Shown here: positions 10,139 through 21,164 of the stretch, in pieces
Numbering within the stretch: position 1 is the first letter of the stretch
Layout of the letters: each line of letters starts with the position of its first letter
Source of the DNA: a virus
Taxonomy: Duplodnaviria > Caudoviricetes
IMG/VR virus record: IMGVR_UViG_3300039431_000490
Location: 4,498-68,497 of that record
Strand: one strand, 5' to 3'
DNA: 64,000 nucleotides
Made by a program: the position numbers and the translations under genes
The notes under the pieces: model-generated
Told to the model about the DNA's origin: nothing
The model's input: the letters and a program-made list of their open reading frames with translations, nothing else
The model's database searches: none

Positions 10139-10897
10139 ATGAAAGATTATCAGGTCACTCCATTAACGAAGTTGACTCCTGATGACATTGATAAGCTCAT
10201 TCTTCACTCTACCATAAGTAGCTTACGTAGAGCTGCTGCAGTTACACCTAAACTTATCAGGGTAGAGGGTAACCAAGAAATCCCTACGATATACTATATT
10301 AAGGGTGTAAGAGATCCAGAAGTGCAGGACTGGACAAAACATGCTCTAGTTGTTGATGTACAAAGATACCTCTTACGAAATGGAGTTAGCTCCGATGATA
10401 GTGACGAATCACAAGATTCAGGAGATTCCGATGATTCTCGTGATGATTCTTCAGAGGATACCGAATATGCTCGTTCTCGTATAATTTATGATGGCTATAC
10501 TGGTAAAGGTTCCATTTGGAATGAACCAGTTAATCAAGGTGAATTTAATGAGGAATTGAGATTTGCTGGATGTAATATCCGGTATAATGAGGTTGATGGT
10601 GAGGAAGGTTATTTCATTGGAGTATTTGTGATAGCTGACTCCGAAATGGTAGAAAAATTCCAAAATGGAATTGTTGAACTACCAGATGACTCAAGGTTAC
10701 CAGTTCATGAGGCATTCAATGAATTCTATGAGGGTCAACCTGCAATCCATTATTATTGTAAAATTGAAGATCTAGCTAATACTGGTCCCGAATTTAGATT
10801 TAATATCAAGTGGGATAAGGATTTTGAAGAGAGTTTCATAGCAATAGTATATGGAGAAGATCAAGATCAAGATCATGCATGCCATCTTGAAGATTAA
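10139..10897 (+). CDS. Hypothetical protein; N-terminal domain paralogous to ORF 9819, Asp/Ser linker, beta-rich C-terminal domain
   Basis: ORF track and direct sequence comparison. Confidence 0.75.
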   Translation: MKDYQVTPLTKLTPDDIDKLILHSTISSLRRAAAVTPKLIRVEGNQEIPTIYYIKGVRDPEVQDWTKHALVVDVQRYLLRNGVSSDDSDESQDSGDSDDSRDDSSEDTEYARSRIIYDGYTGKGSIWNEPVNQGEFNEELRFAGCNIRYNEVDGEEGYFIGVFVIADSEMVEKFQNGIVELPDDSRLPVHEAFNEFYEGQPAIHYYCKIEDLANTGPEFRFNIKWDKDFEESFIAIVYGEDQDQDHACHLED

Positions 10898-10963
10898 ATA
10901 AACTAAGTAGTGGAGATTGAGCTCTCTGCTACTTTCAAATTAATATATAAACTTACATATACA

Positions 10964-11359
10964 ATGGCAGAGCGTATTATATTGAAAGAATGTGATAAGA
11001 ACAAGAGCCAGTCAGAGATTTCGATTCCTAATGGCTCTACATTCAAGCTCACATATCATTTTACTCCGCTAGGGTATTCTCCATTTCCAAAAGTTGAATT
11101 AAGCATGTTTGACATGACTGCAGCTTTCTGGATTTATGGAAGAGAAAGTGAGGTAATAGAATTCACTAAACCTAGCATCTCAAATGATAGAGTGATTATT
11201 AATCAACAAGCTTCAACCGTCACGCTCCTATTCAGGAACTATACATTAAAGACTGGTAAGCTCTATCAACAGTTAGAATTCAAAATTATGGATCCTACTA
11301 TTCCAGGCGAATGGGCTGAGGAAGATTATGATGGATTTACTGGTATAACACTTAAATAA
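10964..11359 (+). CDS. Hypothetical structural protein, possibly BppU-N-like adaptor
   Basis: The track's GTG start (10910) lies inside an intergenic hairpin; ATG 10964 is preferred. The product call is weak recall of the beta-strand pattern. Confidence 0.5.
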   Translation: MAERIILKECDKNKSQSEISIPNGSTFKLTYHFTPLGYSPFPKVELSMFDMTAAFWIYGRESEVIEFTKPSISNDRVIINQQASTVTLLFRNYTLKTGKLYQQLEFKIMDPTIPGEWAEEDYDGFTGITLK

Positions 11360-11367
11360 GGATCAGT

Positions 11368-12222
11368 ATGAGCGTAGTAGTTAATCAAGGAATATGGAAC
11401 CCAATGTCATCAGAGATGATGTTTGAGGTTGGAATCCCAGTACGAATTCATCCAGGTCCAGTACCACCAGTACCTCCAGGTCCAGGTCCTCAGCCACCAC
11501 ATCCAGGTCCAGGTCCAATGGGACCTCAAGGTCCTCAAGGTCCAAGAGGTCTTCATGGTCATGTAGGTCCTGCAGGTCCAACTGGTCCTCAAGGTGAGGC
11601 AATGAAACCTGCTGGAATTGTTAATAATATAATTGATCTACCAGCAGTCGCTGAGCCAGGTACTATTATTGCAGTAGCACTTGGTCGTACGGCAGTCTAT
11701 GAGGGAGCTTCATTATATGGCTATGTCGATCATATGCTTGGTGATCCTGGCACTCCAGATAGAGCTTGGAAATGGATGGGACCTTTAGGAATAAGAGGTG
11801 AAGTTGGTCCTACTGGTCCTAAGGGTGAAGATGGAGCTATAGGTGAGCAAGGTCCACAAGGTGAAATAGGTCCTACAGGTCCTATTGGTCCAACTGGTCC
11901 TAAGGGTCCAGCTGGAGGTCCTACTGGTCCTAAGGGTGACCAAGGTGAACGTGGTGAATCCGCTTATCAGATAGCAGTTCGTCACGGATACTCTGGGACT
12001 GAAGATGAGTGGCTTGAATCTCTTAAGGGTGAGTCAGCTTACCAGATTGCAGTCCGTCATGGATTCGATGGAACTGAAGAAGAGTGGTTAGCATCACTTA
12101 AGGGTGAAAAAGGTGAAAGCTACAAGATTGAAGATACTGTAACAAAGGTAGAGGAGTTACCTGCCGAAGCTCCTGAAGGTACCGTTATTATAGTGGCAGG
12201 GAAATTTGAATCAGGTAATTAA
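11368..12222 (+). CDS. Collagen-like protein with two [22 protein letters not shown] repeats
   Basis: G-X-Y runs and a duplicated 26-aa module common in phage collagen-like proteins. Confidence 0.85.
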   Translation: MSVVVNQGIWNPMSSEMMFEVGIPVRIHPGPVPPVPPGPGPQPPHPGPGPMGPQGPQGPRGLHGHVGPAGPTGPQGEAMKPAGIVNNIIDLPAVAEPGTIIAVALGRTAVYEGASLYGYVDHMLGDPGTPDRAWKWMGPLGIRGEVGPTGPKGEDGAIGEQGPQGEIGPTGPIGPTGPKGPAGGPTGPKGDQGERGESAYQIAVRHGYSGTEDEWLESLKGESAYQIAVRHGFDGTEEEWLASLKGEKGESYKIEDTVTKVEELPAEAPEGTVIIVAGKFESGN

Positions 12223-12224
12223 TT

Positions 12225-13754
12225 ATGGCAGATCAGATATTAGATGTTTTCGGAAATCCCATCGATCCTAGTGAAGCTTCTCTTTATTCTTATGTAGGAG
12301 CTGGTAAAGGTGATGAAGGGACTCCAGGTCAGGCCTGGAAATATATCGGACCTGCTTCAATTAAGGGTAATCCAGGTGAGGTAGGTCCTACAGGTCCTAT
12401 TGGTCCTCAAGGTGAAGTTGGTCCAACTGGTCCAATGGGTCCTACTGGACCTAAAGGTGATACTGGTGCTACTGGTCCTAAGGGTCCAGCTGGAGGTCCT
12501 ACTGGTCCTATGGGTCCTACAGGTCCTCGTGGTGAAAGTTATCATATCAGTGCAGTAGTAACAAATGTTGAGGAGTTACCAACTGATGTTGAGAATGGTA
12601 CAGTATATTTAGCTCTTAGAGGTTATAAGCCTACTAAATTAATTCCTAGTGGTTCAGTACCAATTGTAGATTGGGATGAAACTGCACCACGTGAGGAAGT
12701 TCCAGTACCTGAAGATGAGAGAGTTTATGAAGCATCATTATATGCATTTGTTGGTGCAGGTAATGGTGATTATAATACTCCAGATGCTGCATGGCGTTAT
12801 TTCGGTCCAGCGATTAAAGCTGGTCCTACTGGTCCTGTAGGTCCAATTGGTCCAACTGGTCCTGTAGGTCCAACTGGTCCTCAAGGTGAGAGAGGTGCAA
12901 CTGGTGAACCTTTTAAGTTTGCAGTTAGATATCAGTCTATCAGTGAGATGGAGCATGCAGATGTATCACTACTTAAGGATGGTGATTACTGCTTCATTGA
13001 TGCTGGTGACAGGACTTCTGAAGAGTATGGTAAAGTATACAAACTCGAGAAGAGGACTGGATATGTACCTGTATGGAGGTGGGTAGTTGATACTTCAATT
13101 AGAGGTCCTAAAGGTGAAGATGGTGCTGTAGGTCCGACAGGTCCTAAAGGTGAATCCGGTGAGCCATTTAAGCTTGTAGCAAAATATGAGTCAATAGCAG
13201 AAATGCAAGCTGACTTCCTCAATCCATATGTAAAGCAAGGGCAGTATGTAATTATTGATACTAAACGTGCTGGTGAGGAAGATAATGGTAAGGTATATGT
13301 CAAAGGTGAAGTCGAATGGGAGTTCATCTGTGATATGTCAGACTTTGAGATCATAGGTCCAAAGGGTGAACCTGGAATCATAGTTTTCCATACAGTTGAG
13401 GAAGCTGAGCAATACGCAGCTGAAGCTCATGATGATGCTATAGGTTTATATGTATCAGTAATTGATGAGTACAATAAGATAACTCTGTATGCAATAGGTA
13501 GAGATAAGAAATTGCTTATTGTAAGTGGTGAGATGGAAGTTCCAGTTGGAGCTCCACCAATGGTTATTCAACATCACTTCAATCATAAACCTCATGTCTT
13601 ATTCTGCTTACCTACAGTTCTTGAATCCTATGATCGTACTCTTCAAATGATGAGAGTTGCTGAAGTTGATGTATACTATAAATCTGATACGGAGGTTGTA
13701 CTAGACTTCAATGAATCAGACTTAACTCAATCTGGTAGAATATTCTTAATCTAA
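12225..13754 (+). CDS. Collagen-like protein with interspersed globular modules
   Basis: GPT/GPQ runs; duplicated GEPFK...Y.SI.EM...YG/NGKVY modules. Confidence 0.85.
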   Translation: MADQILDVFGNPIDPSEASLYSYVGAGKGDEGTPGQAWKYIGPASIKGNPGEVGPTGPIGPQGEVGPTGPMGPTGPKGDTGATGPKGPAGGPTGPMGPTGPRGESYHISAVVTNVEELPTDVENGTVYLALRGYKPTKLIPSGSVPIVDWDETAPREEVPVPEDERVYEASLYAFVGAGNGDYNTPDAAWRYFGPAIKAGPTGPVGPIGPTGPVGPTGPQGERGATGEPFKFAVRYQSISEMEHADVSLLKDGDYCFIDAGDRTSEEYGKVYKLEKRTGYVPVWRWVVDTSIRGPKGEDGAVGPTGPKGESGEPFKLVAKYESIAEMQADFLNPYVKQGQYVIIDTKRAGEEDNGKVYVKGEVEWEFICDMSDFEIIGPKGEPGIIVFHTVEEAEQYAAEAHDDAIGLYVSVIDEYNKITLYAIGRDKKLLIVSGEMEVPVGAPPMVIQHHFNHKPHVLFCLPTVLESYDRTLQMMRVAEVDVYYKSDTEVVLDFNESDLTQSGRIFLI

Positions 13755-13757
13755 ATT

Positions 13758-14891
13758 ATGCAAATAATAGTTCAGGGACTGAGAATAACGACGCAGTGCC
13801 GATATGTAAAATTTACTGAGGCTAAATACTTAAATATTTATGAAGATGGGGACACTTCATGCCTGTATATTGAATTCCCACGCGGATTTTCATCCGGACA
13901 TATAGTTGATAAGCGAATCGAAGTTCTCAGTCCTCTTGAACTACATGAGGAGGATTATATAAAGGTCAAGAACCCAGTATTTAATCTTAATGGATTAAAA
14001 TTCACTAAATTAAGTACTAGACCTTATACTTTCAGTCAATTCATAGTGGGGAATCTGGATAGATTCATAATGAATTACGATGAATATCATTGTGAAATTT
14101 TAATTCCAGAATCCCTTCTATGGTCGACTGATAAATATAAGTGCTTGATTACTAAAAATCCTTATTTAAAAATCCTTGACTGTAAAGGTCTTAAAGACCT
14201 TAGAACTTTCAATGCTATTAGATTACTGGATAACGATTTTAATCTGAAATCAGATAATAAATTCATATTCCAAACTAAAGCAAAATATGAAAAATATCTA
14301 CTTAGTATGATCGATGTACAAGAGTCTTTCATTACTAAGTTAGAAAGGAGAGTCAAGGATTATGGTTTAGAGTTACTGAGTCTTCCTATTGATCAGTATA
14401 AAAAGAATGTCAGTAGGGTAACTTATAGATTTACTGATCTTTCACGGCAGTTAAATTATAAGTCTGACTCTAATCCACTGAGATTTATGACATTACAGTC
14501 AGCTCATATAGATTTTAAATTATCTACACCTGATTTAGTCATATATAATGACTTTATTAATAGATATCAAAATCTAGATTTACTGACTAACTTTACAGAA
14601 TTTTATACTGAAGATAAGTTAGGAAGAAATTGGATTTCAAGTATTTGGTGGAGTCCAATCGATACTTCATTCAACCAAGACTATGCAGTAGATGAGCAAA
14701 ATAATGTAGCTCATGAAGCAGGATTTTCCTGTGATGTTAATTACCAAATAGTCTATGATCAACGATATAGAGATATACAGCAGTCAATTATGGAAGTATT
14801 AGCCATGGCTGAAACTCAATCGAAGATCGAGTATAAAGAAGAAAATGTTATTAATACAATTATTTTAGATACCATAGTCGAGGTTTTATAA
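13758..14891 (+). CDS. Hypothetical protein (structural cluster)
   Basis: ORF track only. Confidence 0.7.
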   Translation: MQIIVQGLRITTQCRYVKFTEAKYLNIYEDGDTSCLYIEFPRGFSSGHIVDKRIEVLSPLELHEEDYIKVKNPVFNLNGLKFTKLSTRPYTFSQFIVGNLDRFIMNYDEYHCEILIPESLLWSTDKYKCLITKNPYLKILDCKGLKDLRTFNAIRLLDNDFNLKSDNKFIFQTKAKYEKYLLSMIDVQESFITKLERRVKDYGLELLSLPIDQYKKNVSRVTYRFTDLSRQLNYKSDSNPLRFMTLQSAHIDFKLSTPDLVIYNDFINRYQNLDLLTNFTEFYTEDKLGRNWISSIWWSPIDTSFNQDYAVDEQNNVAHEAGFSCDVNYQIVYDQRYRDIQQSIMEVLAMAETQSKIEYKEENVINTIILDTIVEVL

Positions 14892-14892
14892 C

Positions 14893-16098
14893 ATGGCACT
14901 AAATTATTCGGATACACTAACTCCAATTGCGGAGTTAAATGATGAGAAATGTAAATATCTACTTGCCATGGATGAACAAACCAATGCACTATTGGTTAGT
15001 CCAAGGATTTTAGATTGTACATTAAAACATCCATCTGATGCTATAGCATCTGAAGATCAAACTGAAAAGTATAAGTTATTGTCAGTGCAATCTGCTAAAG
15101 CATACTTAGATGGGGATGAGACTCATGAGAGTATATTCACTTCTCAACTTAGAGGTGCACAAGGAATACAAGGTCCTCAAGGAGCTACAGGAGCTAGAGG
15201 TCCAAAAGGTTTAGATATAGTAGGTAGTATTGGACTACAAGGTAGTACTGGAGCTAAAGGTATACTTGGAGTTACTGGACCACAAGGATCTACTGGACGT
15301 AGTGCAGTAGGAGCTCAAGGTACTACTGGAGCTAAAGGTATTCAAGGTATTACTGGACCTGGAGGTGATAGAGGAAGTTCAGGTTCTCAAGGTATAACTG
15401 GAAAAACCGGATATTCAGGTACTCAAGGTATAACTGGGGATAGAGGTGTACTAGTTGGAGGTGGAAGTGATGGACCTCAAGGACCTACAGGACCTCAAGG
15501 AGCTACTGGAGCTAAAGGTCTAACTGGTAATAAAGGTATTGATTCTCAATCTCAAGGAATTGAAGGTGCTCAAGGAATCAATTATGATGATGCTCCTAGA
15601 GGTGCTAAAGGATTGAGAGGTGATAGAGGTGCTAAAGGTGGAGGTTCAGCTGGTGCTCAAGGAGCTACCGGAGCTAATGGTCCCGATGCAACTCCGGATA
15701 TTGGAGCTAAAGGATCTGTAGGTAATGGTGGACCAGTCGGAGCCAAGGGTCAAACTGGTACTACCGGTAGTACTCCGGCTGCTGGAGCTAAAGGTGCAAC
15801 TGGGACACAAGGTGTAACTGGTAGTAAAGGTAACACTGGAGCTAAGGGTTCTACTGGTAATATAGGTAGTCCTGGGAGTACAGGTGATAATGGAGCTCAA
15901 GGTCCTACTGGAGCTAAAGGAGTATCTGTTGGAGCTAAAGGTCTTACTGGTAGTACAGGTGCTCAAGGTATTACTGGAAGTGGTAATACTATTGATTTAG
16001 CAGCAATATTTGGAATATCCAATATACGTAATTGTAATGTTACTATTAGGGTAAACTCTAATTATATTTATGCTAGTAGTGGATTCATAATGAATTAA
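14893..16098 (+). CDS. Thr-rich collagen-like fibre, paralog 1 of 3 (401 aa)
   Basis: 87-aa N-domain, GAQ/GIT/GAK repeats, short C-terminal domain ending YASSGFIMN. Confidence 0.85.
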   Translation: MALNYSDTLTPIAELNDEKCKYLLAMDEQTNALLVSPRILDCTLKHPSDAIASEDQTEKYKLLSVQSAKAYLDGDETHESIFTSQLRGAQGIQGPQGATGARGPKGLDIVGSIGLQGSTGAKGILGVTGPQGSTGRSAVGAQGTTGAKGIQGITGPGGDRGSSGSQGITGKTGYSGTQGITGDRGVLVGGGSDGPQGPTGPQGATGAKGLTGNKGIDSQSQGIEGAQGINYDDAPRGAKGLRGDRGAKGGGSAGAQGATGANGPDATPDIGAKGSVGNGGPVGAKGQTGTTGSTPAAGAKGATGTQGVTGSKGNTGAKGSTGNIGSPGSTGDNGAQGPTGAKGVSVGAKGLTGSTGAQGITGSGNTIDLAAIFGISNIRNCNVTIRVNSNYIYASSGFIMN

Positions 16099-16107
16099 TC
16101 TTAGAAT

Positions 16108-17316
16108 ATGCAGTTACAATATACAGTTCAAACGCCAACTGCAGTTAAAATTTCTGAGATTTCTAAAAAATCTCCTATACTGCTTGGCATAGATAACGAT
16201 GAAAATCAGAAGTCAGCTTTATTTGATATAGAAGCTGTACTCTATAATAAATTATATGATAGTTCTGGTAATCTAAAAGATCTATCTAACGCTGATGGTA
16301 CTGATTTAGTTACAGGTGAACAAGTTACTCAATATATACGATCTGAATCTGGAAGTTCATCTAAAGGAATCACAGGTCCTCAAGGTAATATTGGAATAGT
16401 AGGTTATACCGGACCTAATGGTGATGGTATACAAGGTATAACTGGAAATCAGGGAGTACAAGGTACAACTGGTCAACGTGGCTTCGAGGGTAGACAAGGT
16501 CCTAGTGGAACCACTAGTCAGGGACCTACTGGAGCTAGAGGATTACAAGGTATCACTGGAGCTAAAGGAAAAGAAGGTGGTAAAGGACCTCAAGGAGTAA
16601 CTGGAGCTAAAGGTATACAAGGAGTTACTGGAACTAGAGGAGCTAAAGGTCCCGATGCTGGATCAAGTACCGCTGGTGCTCAAGGTGTAACTGGTCATTG
16701 CTGGATTGGAGCTAATGGTCCTACTGGAGCTCAGGGTGCTACTGGTGCTCAAGGTATAACTGGAAATAGAGGTCCAACTGGAAGAAGTAAAATTGGACTT
16801 CAAGGTGTAACTGGAGATAGTGGTGAAGATGGAGAAGCTTCAGCTAAAGGTGCTCAAGGTATTACTGGTACACCTAAAACTGGAGCTCAGGGAGTTACTG
16901 GAAATAAAGGTTCTACTGGATCTCAAGGAATTACTGGATCCACTGGATCCGCAGGAAGTAATAGTCAAGGTAACCAAGGTTCTCAAGGAGTTACTGGAGC
17001 AAAACTTAGTGGATCGCAAGGTATCACTGGAGCTCAAGGAGTTACTGGATTCGGAGCTCAAGGTATTACTGGTAAAGTTGGAGCTAATGGATTATCAGGC
17101 TCTCAAGGAGTAACAGGTACCAGCGGATCTCAAGGTATTACTGGAGCAGCTCAGTACTCTGGATCTTCTTTAAATAGTGCAGTTTTGAGTGCGTTAGCTT
17201 CATTGCTTGACTGTGGTACCATATCGGTTAGAAGTGATGGATCACTTCAATTTGGTGGATCAGTATCTATTGGAGTAGACAATACTTACGCTAAAGGTTA
17301 TTATGAATCATCATAG
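16108..17316 (+). CDS. Thr-rich collagen-like fibre, paralog 2 of 3 (402 aa)
   Basis: Same architecture; ends [10 protein letters not shown]. Confidence 0.85.
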   Translation: MQLQYTVQTPTAVKISEISKKSPILLGIDNDENQKSALFDIEAVLYNKLYDSSGNLKDLSNADGTDLVTGEQVTQYIRSESGSSSKGITGPQGNIGIVGYTGPNGDGIQGITGNQGVQGTTGQRGFEGRQGPSGTTSQGPTGARGLQGITGAKGKEGGKGPQGVTGAKGIQGVTGTRGAKGPDAGSSTAGAQGVTGHCWIGANGPTGAQGATGAQGITGNRGPTGRSKIGLQGVTGDSGEDGEASAKGAQGITGTPKTGAQGVTGNKGSTGSQGITGSTGSAGSNSQGNQGSQGVTGAKLSGSQGITGAQGVTGFGAQGITGKVGANGLSGSQGVTGTSGSQGITGAAQYSGSSLNSAVLSALASLLDCGTISVRSDGSLQFGGSVSIGVDNTYAKGYYESS

Positions 17317-17321
17317 AAGCT

Positions 17322-18533
17322 ATGTTAAATTATACTGTTAAAGTTCCGTTAATTAGTACTCTTCGTGAGAGTAAGAGTTATAGAGGACTGACGATTTTTG
17401 GTATAGCTAGAAGTGAAGAAAATCAAGCAGATTATATTCCAGGTTTATTGAATGTATCCGAAGCTTTATCTTCACAGTATATTACCGAGATGTCGTCACC
17501 AGTAGGATCATTAACTGGCTTGATGGATTCAACTGGTATAGTTCAATACATAAATGAAAATATAGGTACACTACAAGGTATTACTGGTGCTACAGGTAAA
17601 AGTGGTGTCCAAGGTATAACTGGATCTAGAGGTAACTCAGTTCAAGGTGTTACTGGATTAACTGGTATTCAGGGTATAACTGGATCTATTGGACCAACTG
17701 GACCCCAAGGTATTACAGGTCCAGATGCTCAATCCGATGATTCCAGTAAAACTGGAGTTCAAGGAGTTACTGGGTATCAAGGTGTTCAAGGACCTGTTGG
17801 AGGAGCTACAATTATAGGAGATCAAGGATACCAAGGTATCCAAGGTATAACTGGAGCTAAAGGACTTAAAGGTACACAAGGAGCAACTGGTACTGCTGGA
17901 TCACAAGGTTCTACTGGAGCTAAAGGTATAGCAGTACAGGGTATAACTGGTACTAAAGGTCCAAATGGACAAAATGGTCTAGTTGGAGTCCAGGGAGTTA
18001 CGGGCATCAATGGTACTCAAACTCAGGGAGCTACCGGAGCTAAAGGACCTCAAGGAGTAACTGGAATCTCTGGATCCCAAGGTATGACTGGAGCCAAAGG
18101 TGTAGCTACTCAAGGTACAACTGGTGGTAAAGGTCCGACTGGTTCACAAGGTGTTACCGGAGCTAAAGGTGCACAAGGAGTAACTGGAAGTAGCCTTCAA
18201 GGAATTACTGGAGCTAAAGGTGCTACTGGTGGTACTGGAGCTCAGGGTGTAACTGGTAGTAAGGGTCCTACTGGAGGATCAGGAAAAGGTCCTAAAGGGG
18301 TAACTGGAGCTCAAGGAGTAACTGGAGCTCAAGGAACTACCGGTGCACGTCCAGCTCAAGGAGTTACTGGAGCTAAAGGACCTGGATATGCAAGTAAACA
18401 AGCAATCATTGATGCTTTAAGTGCAAATGGAGTATCTATATCAGTATCAGGTACCGATGTCACAATAAGCATCTCAAAAGATATTCATATCAATGGTTCA
18501 TTAACATCTGGTAAATTCTTTGTAGTAGAATAA
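17322..18533 (+). CDS. Thr-rich collagen-like fibre, paralog 3 of 3 (403 aa)
   Basis: Same architecture; ends [10 protein letters not shown]. Confidence 0.85.
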   Translation: MLNYTVKVPLISTLRESKSYRGLTIFGIARSEENQADYIPGLLNVSEALSSQYITEMSSPVGSLTGLMDSTGIVQYINENIGTLQGITGATGKSGVQGITGSRGNSVQGVTGLTGIQGITGSIGPTGPQGITGPDAQSDDSSKTGVQGVTGYQGVQGPVGGATIIGDQGYQGIQGITGAKGLKGTQGATGTAGSQGSTGAKGIAVQGITGTKGPNGQNGLVGVQGVTGINGTQTQGATGAKGPQGVTGISGSQGMTGAKGVATQGTTGGKGPTGSQGVTGAKGAQGVTGSSLQGITGAKGATGGTGAQGVTGSKGPTGGSGKGPKGVTGAQGVTGAQGTTGARPAQGVTGAKGPGYASKQAIIDALSANGVSISVSGTDVTISISKDIHINGSLTSGKFFVVE

Positions 18534-18585
18534 AAAAAACTAATATTAACAACTAATATATTTAAACTTTATTTCAGGTTAAATT

Positions 18586-20922
18586 ATGGCAGCAAAACTT
18601 TTCTTAACTGACATTAATCTTAATGGTAATAAGATTCTCAACTTTGAGATTGATCTTGCTACCAGTGAGTCACTAAGTCAAAAGTTCAATGAGCAAGCCT
18701 TAGAAGCAGCCGATCAATCTGTTGAGGTAACTCCTGGTTCTACTACCGGTGATGTTACTACTGCCACTAAGGTTAAAGTAAATGTTAAGAGCGGAACTAA
18801 TGATCTTAAGTTAGATTCTGCTAATGGTCTTTATGTTAATCCTTATACTGGTGATAATGCTACTGTTGAGGTTACAAATAATATCATCAAGGTTAAGGAT
18901 AACGTATTTGATGCTAAGGGTGCAGCAGCTACTGCTGAATCTAATGCTAAGTCCTATGCTGATGGTCTGAAGGATCAGGTTATTGGTACTGCTTCCGACT
19001 CTAAGGATGCATCTACTATTCTTGGTGCTAAGAAGTACGCTGATGATAAGGCTACATCACTTATTGGTTCAGCTTCTGATGCCTCAAGTGCTAATACAAT
19101 CAATGCAGCTAAGAAATATGCTGAAGAGCAAGCAGCTTCTGCTGGTACAGATACAGCTGCTGAGGTAGTAGGTCAGGCAAGTGATGATAAGGATGCTGAG
19201 ACTGTGTATGGTGCGAAAGCTTATGCTGATGATAAGGTAGCAGCTGAGACTTCTGCACGTGAAACTGCAGTTACTAATGCCGTCACTGAAGCTAAGGGTT
19301 ATACTGACTCTGAGATTCAGAAACTTGATTCTGAGGTTAATGCTGGTGCACTTGGTGCAAAGGACGCTACTGCAATGGCAGGTGTCCAGGTTCTTACTGG
19401 TGTAACTGAGGTTGATGGCAAGCTCACCGCAGTCTCTGATGCAGCTGCTGATAAGTATGGTTCAGCTGAGAAAGCTCTCACTGATGCTAAGGCTTATACT
19501 GATGCTGAAATTCAGAAACTTGACGTTGATGATGCAGCTGTTGAAAATCAGTTCGTCACTGAAGTCAAGGAAGTTGATGGTAAAGTACAGGTTCAGCGTG
19601 CACGTCCTACTGCAGCTAACATCTCCGTTGCAGCTCTTGATAACATTTCAGCAGGTGATCTACAGACTGTTCTCGGTGCTCTCGAAGATGCTATCGATGC
19701 AGGTGGTACTGGCTCACTCGTAACTATTACTGAGAATGCTGGTTCCGGTGATGTACTTAAGAGCTATACATTCGCTCAGGGTGGTACTAATATTGGTACA
19801 ATCTCTATCCCTAAGGACTTCCTCGTTAAGAGTGGTACTGTAGAAGTATGTACTACTGCAGATCAACCGGTCGCAGGTCTACAGCCTGGTGATAAATATC
19901 TTGATTTCGTTATCAATTCTACTGATGGTGCTGGTACCGAGTCACATATTTATATTCCAGTCCAGGATCTTGTTGATATCTATACTTCTGGTAATGGTAT
20001 CAATGTATCTGCATCTAATGTTATTAGTGTAGTTCTTGATCCTACTACTGAAAGCTTCCTTTCTGTAGGTGCTAATGGTATTAAGCTTGCAGGTGTTCAG
20101 GCTGCTATCGATGCAGCTATTGCAGCTCTTGATTCTTCAGTTGCAGCTGGTACTCTTGGATCTGCAGGTTCAGCCATTGCAGGTGTCCAGGTTCTTACTG
20201 GTGTAACTGAGACTGATGGTAAACTTACTGCAAAGACAGATGTAGCTGCTGATGCTTATGGCTCCGCTCAGAAAGCATTAGATGATGCTAAGGCTTATGC
20301 AGATGGTAAGATCAGTGGTCTATCTGAAACTACGAAGTCTGCTTCCGGCACCCCTGCCAAAGCTGGTACTATGGTTGTCAGCTCAGTTACCACTGAGAAT
20401 GGTCAGGTTAAGTCTGTAGGTTCTGTCGAGGTCGAGAAAGCTGGTGCAGCCGCTACTGCTGAGCAGAATGCTAAGAGTTACACTGATGCTGAGATTCAGA
20501 AACTCGACTCTTCAGTATCTGCTACTGCTACCGCTCCAGCAGCTCCTGCTACTCCTGCTATCGCTGGAGTTAATGTCCTTACAGGTGTTACTGAAGCCGA
20601 TGGTAAGCTTACAGCTAAAACTGAAGTTGCAGCTGATGCTTGGGGTTCAGCTCAGAAAGCTCTCAATGATGCTAAAGCATATACTGACGATCAGATCGCT
20701 GATGCAGTCGGTTCTGGTATCCATACTTATATTGCTACAGCTTCAAGTGGTAACTCAGTTACTATTCTTAAGGCTGATCATAAGTGCGGTGACTACCCGA
20801 TCGTTGCTTGCTATCTTGGTGGTCAGGAAGTCGTTTGCAATGTTGCAGTTGCATCTGGTAATGTTACGGTTAGCTGGAACGGCACTCTCAGTGAGACTCT
20901 CACTATCAAGCTCGTTGGCTAA
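18586..20922 (+). CDS. Ala/Asp/Thr-rich fibre-like structural protein with internal repeats
   Basis: N-terminal DINLNGNKILN; three GVQ/NVLTGVTE.DGKLTA repeats and many AK.YAD/YTD coiled-coil repeats. Confidence 0.75.
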   Translation: MAAKLFLTDINLNGNKILNFEIDLATSESLSQKFNEQALEAADQSVEVTPGSTTGDVTTATKVKVNVKSGTNDLKLDSANGLYVNPYTGDNATVEVTNNIIKVKDNVFDAKGAAATAESNAKSYADGLKDQVIGTASDSKDASTILGAKKYADDKATSLIGSASDASSANTINAAKKYAEEQAASAGTDTAAEVVGQASDDKDAETVYGAKAYADDKVAAETSARETAVTNAVTEAKGYTDSEIQKLDSEVNAGALGAKDATAMAGVQVLTGVTEVDGKLTAVSDAAADKYGSAEKALTDAKAYTDAEIQKLDVDDAAVENQFVTEVKEVDGKVQVQRARPTAANISVAALDNISAGDLQTVLGALEDAIDAGGTGSLVTITENAGSGDVLKSYTFAQGGTNIGTISIPKDFLVKSGTVEVCTTADQPVAGLQPGDKYLDFVINSTDGAGTESHIYIPVQDLVDIYTSGNGINVSASNVISVVLDPTTESFLSVGANGIKLAGVQAAIDAAIAALDSSVAAGTLGSAGSAIAGVQVLTGVTETDGKLTAKTDVAADAYGSAQKALDDAKAYADGKISGLSETTKSASGTPAKAGTMVVSSVTTENGQVKSVGSVEVEKAGAAATAEQNAKSYTDAEIQKLDSSVSATATAPAAPATPAIAGVNVLTGVTEADGKLTAKTEVAADAWGSAQKALNDAKAYTDDQIADAVGSGIHTYIATASSGNSVTILKADHKCGDYPIVACYLGGQEVVCNVAVASGNVTVSWNGTLSETLTIKLVG

Positions 20923-20981
20923 TATACTATATTTGGAGGTGATTGAATTCACCTCTAAATTCTATAAGATTAATAATAATT

Positions 20982-21164
20982 ATGTCAAATTATACTAAAC
21001 AGGTAAAAGTAAATTTAGACTTGAATAACAATCAGATATCTAATGCAAATTTAGTTGATTGCACTTTAGATGGAATATCGATTATAGTTTTAACCTCAGA
21101 ACAGTATAATGCGATATCAGTTAAAGATCCAAATACTTTATATTTTATAAAAAGATCATCATGA
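20982..21164 (+). CDS. Small fibre-associated protein
   Basis: The track's TTG start lies in a hairpin loop; ATG 20982 is preferred. Contains NLDLNNNQISN and the LTSEQYNAISVKDPNTLYFI motif seen in phage fibre proteins. Confidence 0.65.
   Translation: MSNYTKQVKVNLDLNNNQISNANLVDCTLDGISIIVLTSEQYNAISVKDPNTLYFIKRSS

Noticed and set aside
12195-12227. Frameshift fusion of ORFs 11368 and 12225 at GGGAAAT
   Set aside because: The motif is in the wrong phase for tandem -1 slippage, and the -1 frame hits TGA immediately.
18983-20998. Alternate-frame + strand ORFs inside the 778-aa fibre-like gene
   Set aside because: Shadow ORFs from T-ending codon bias (Leu/Met/Gln-rich).
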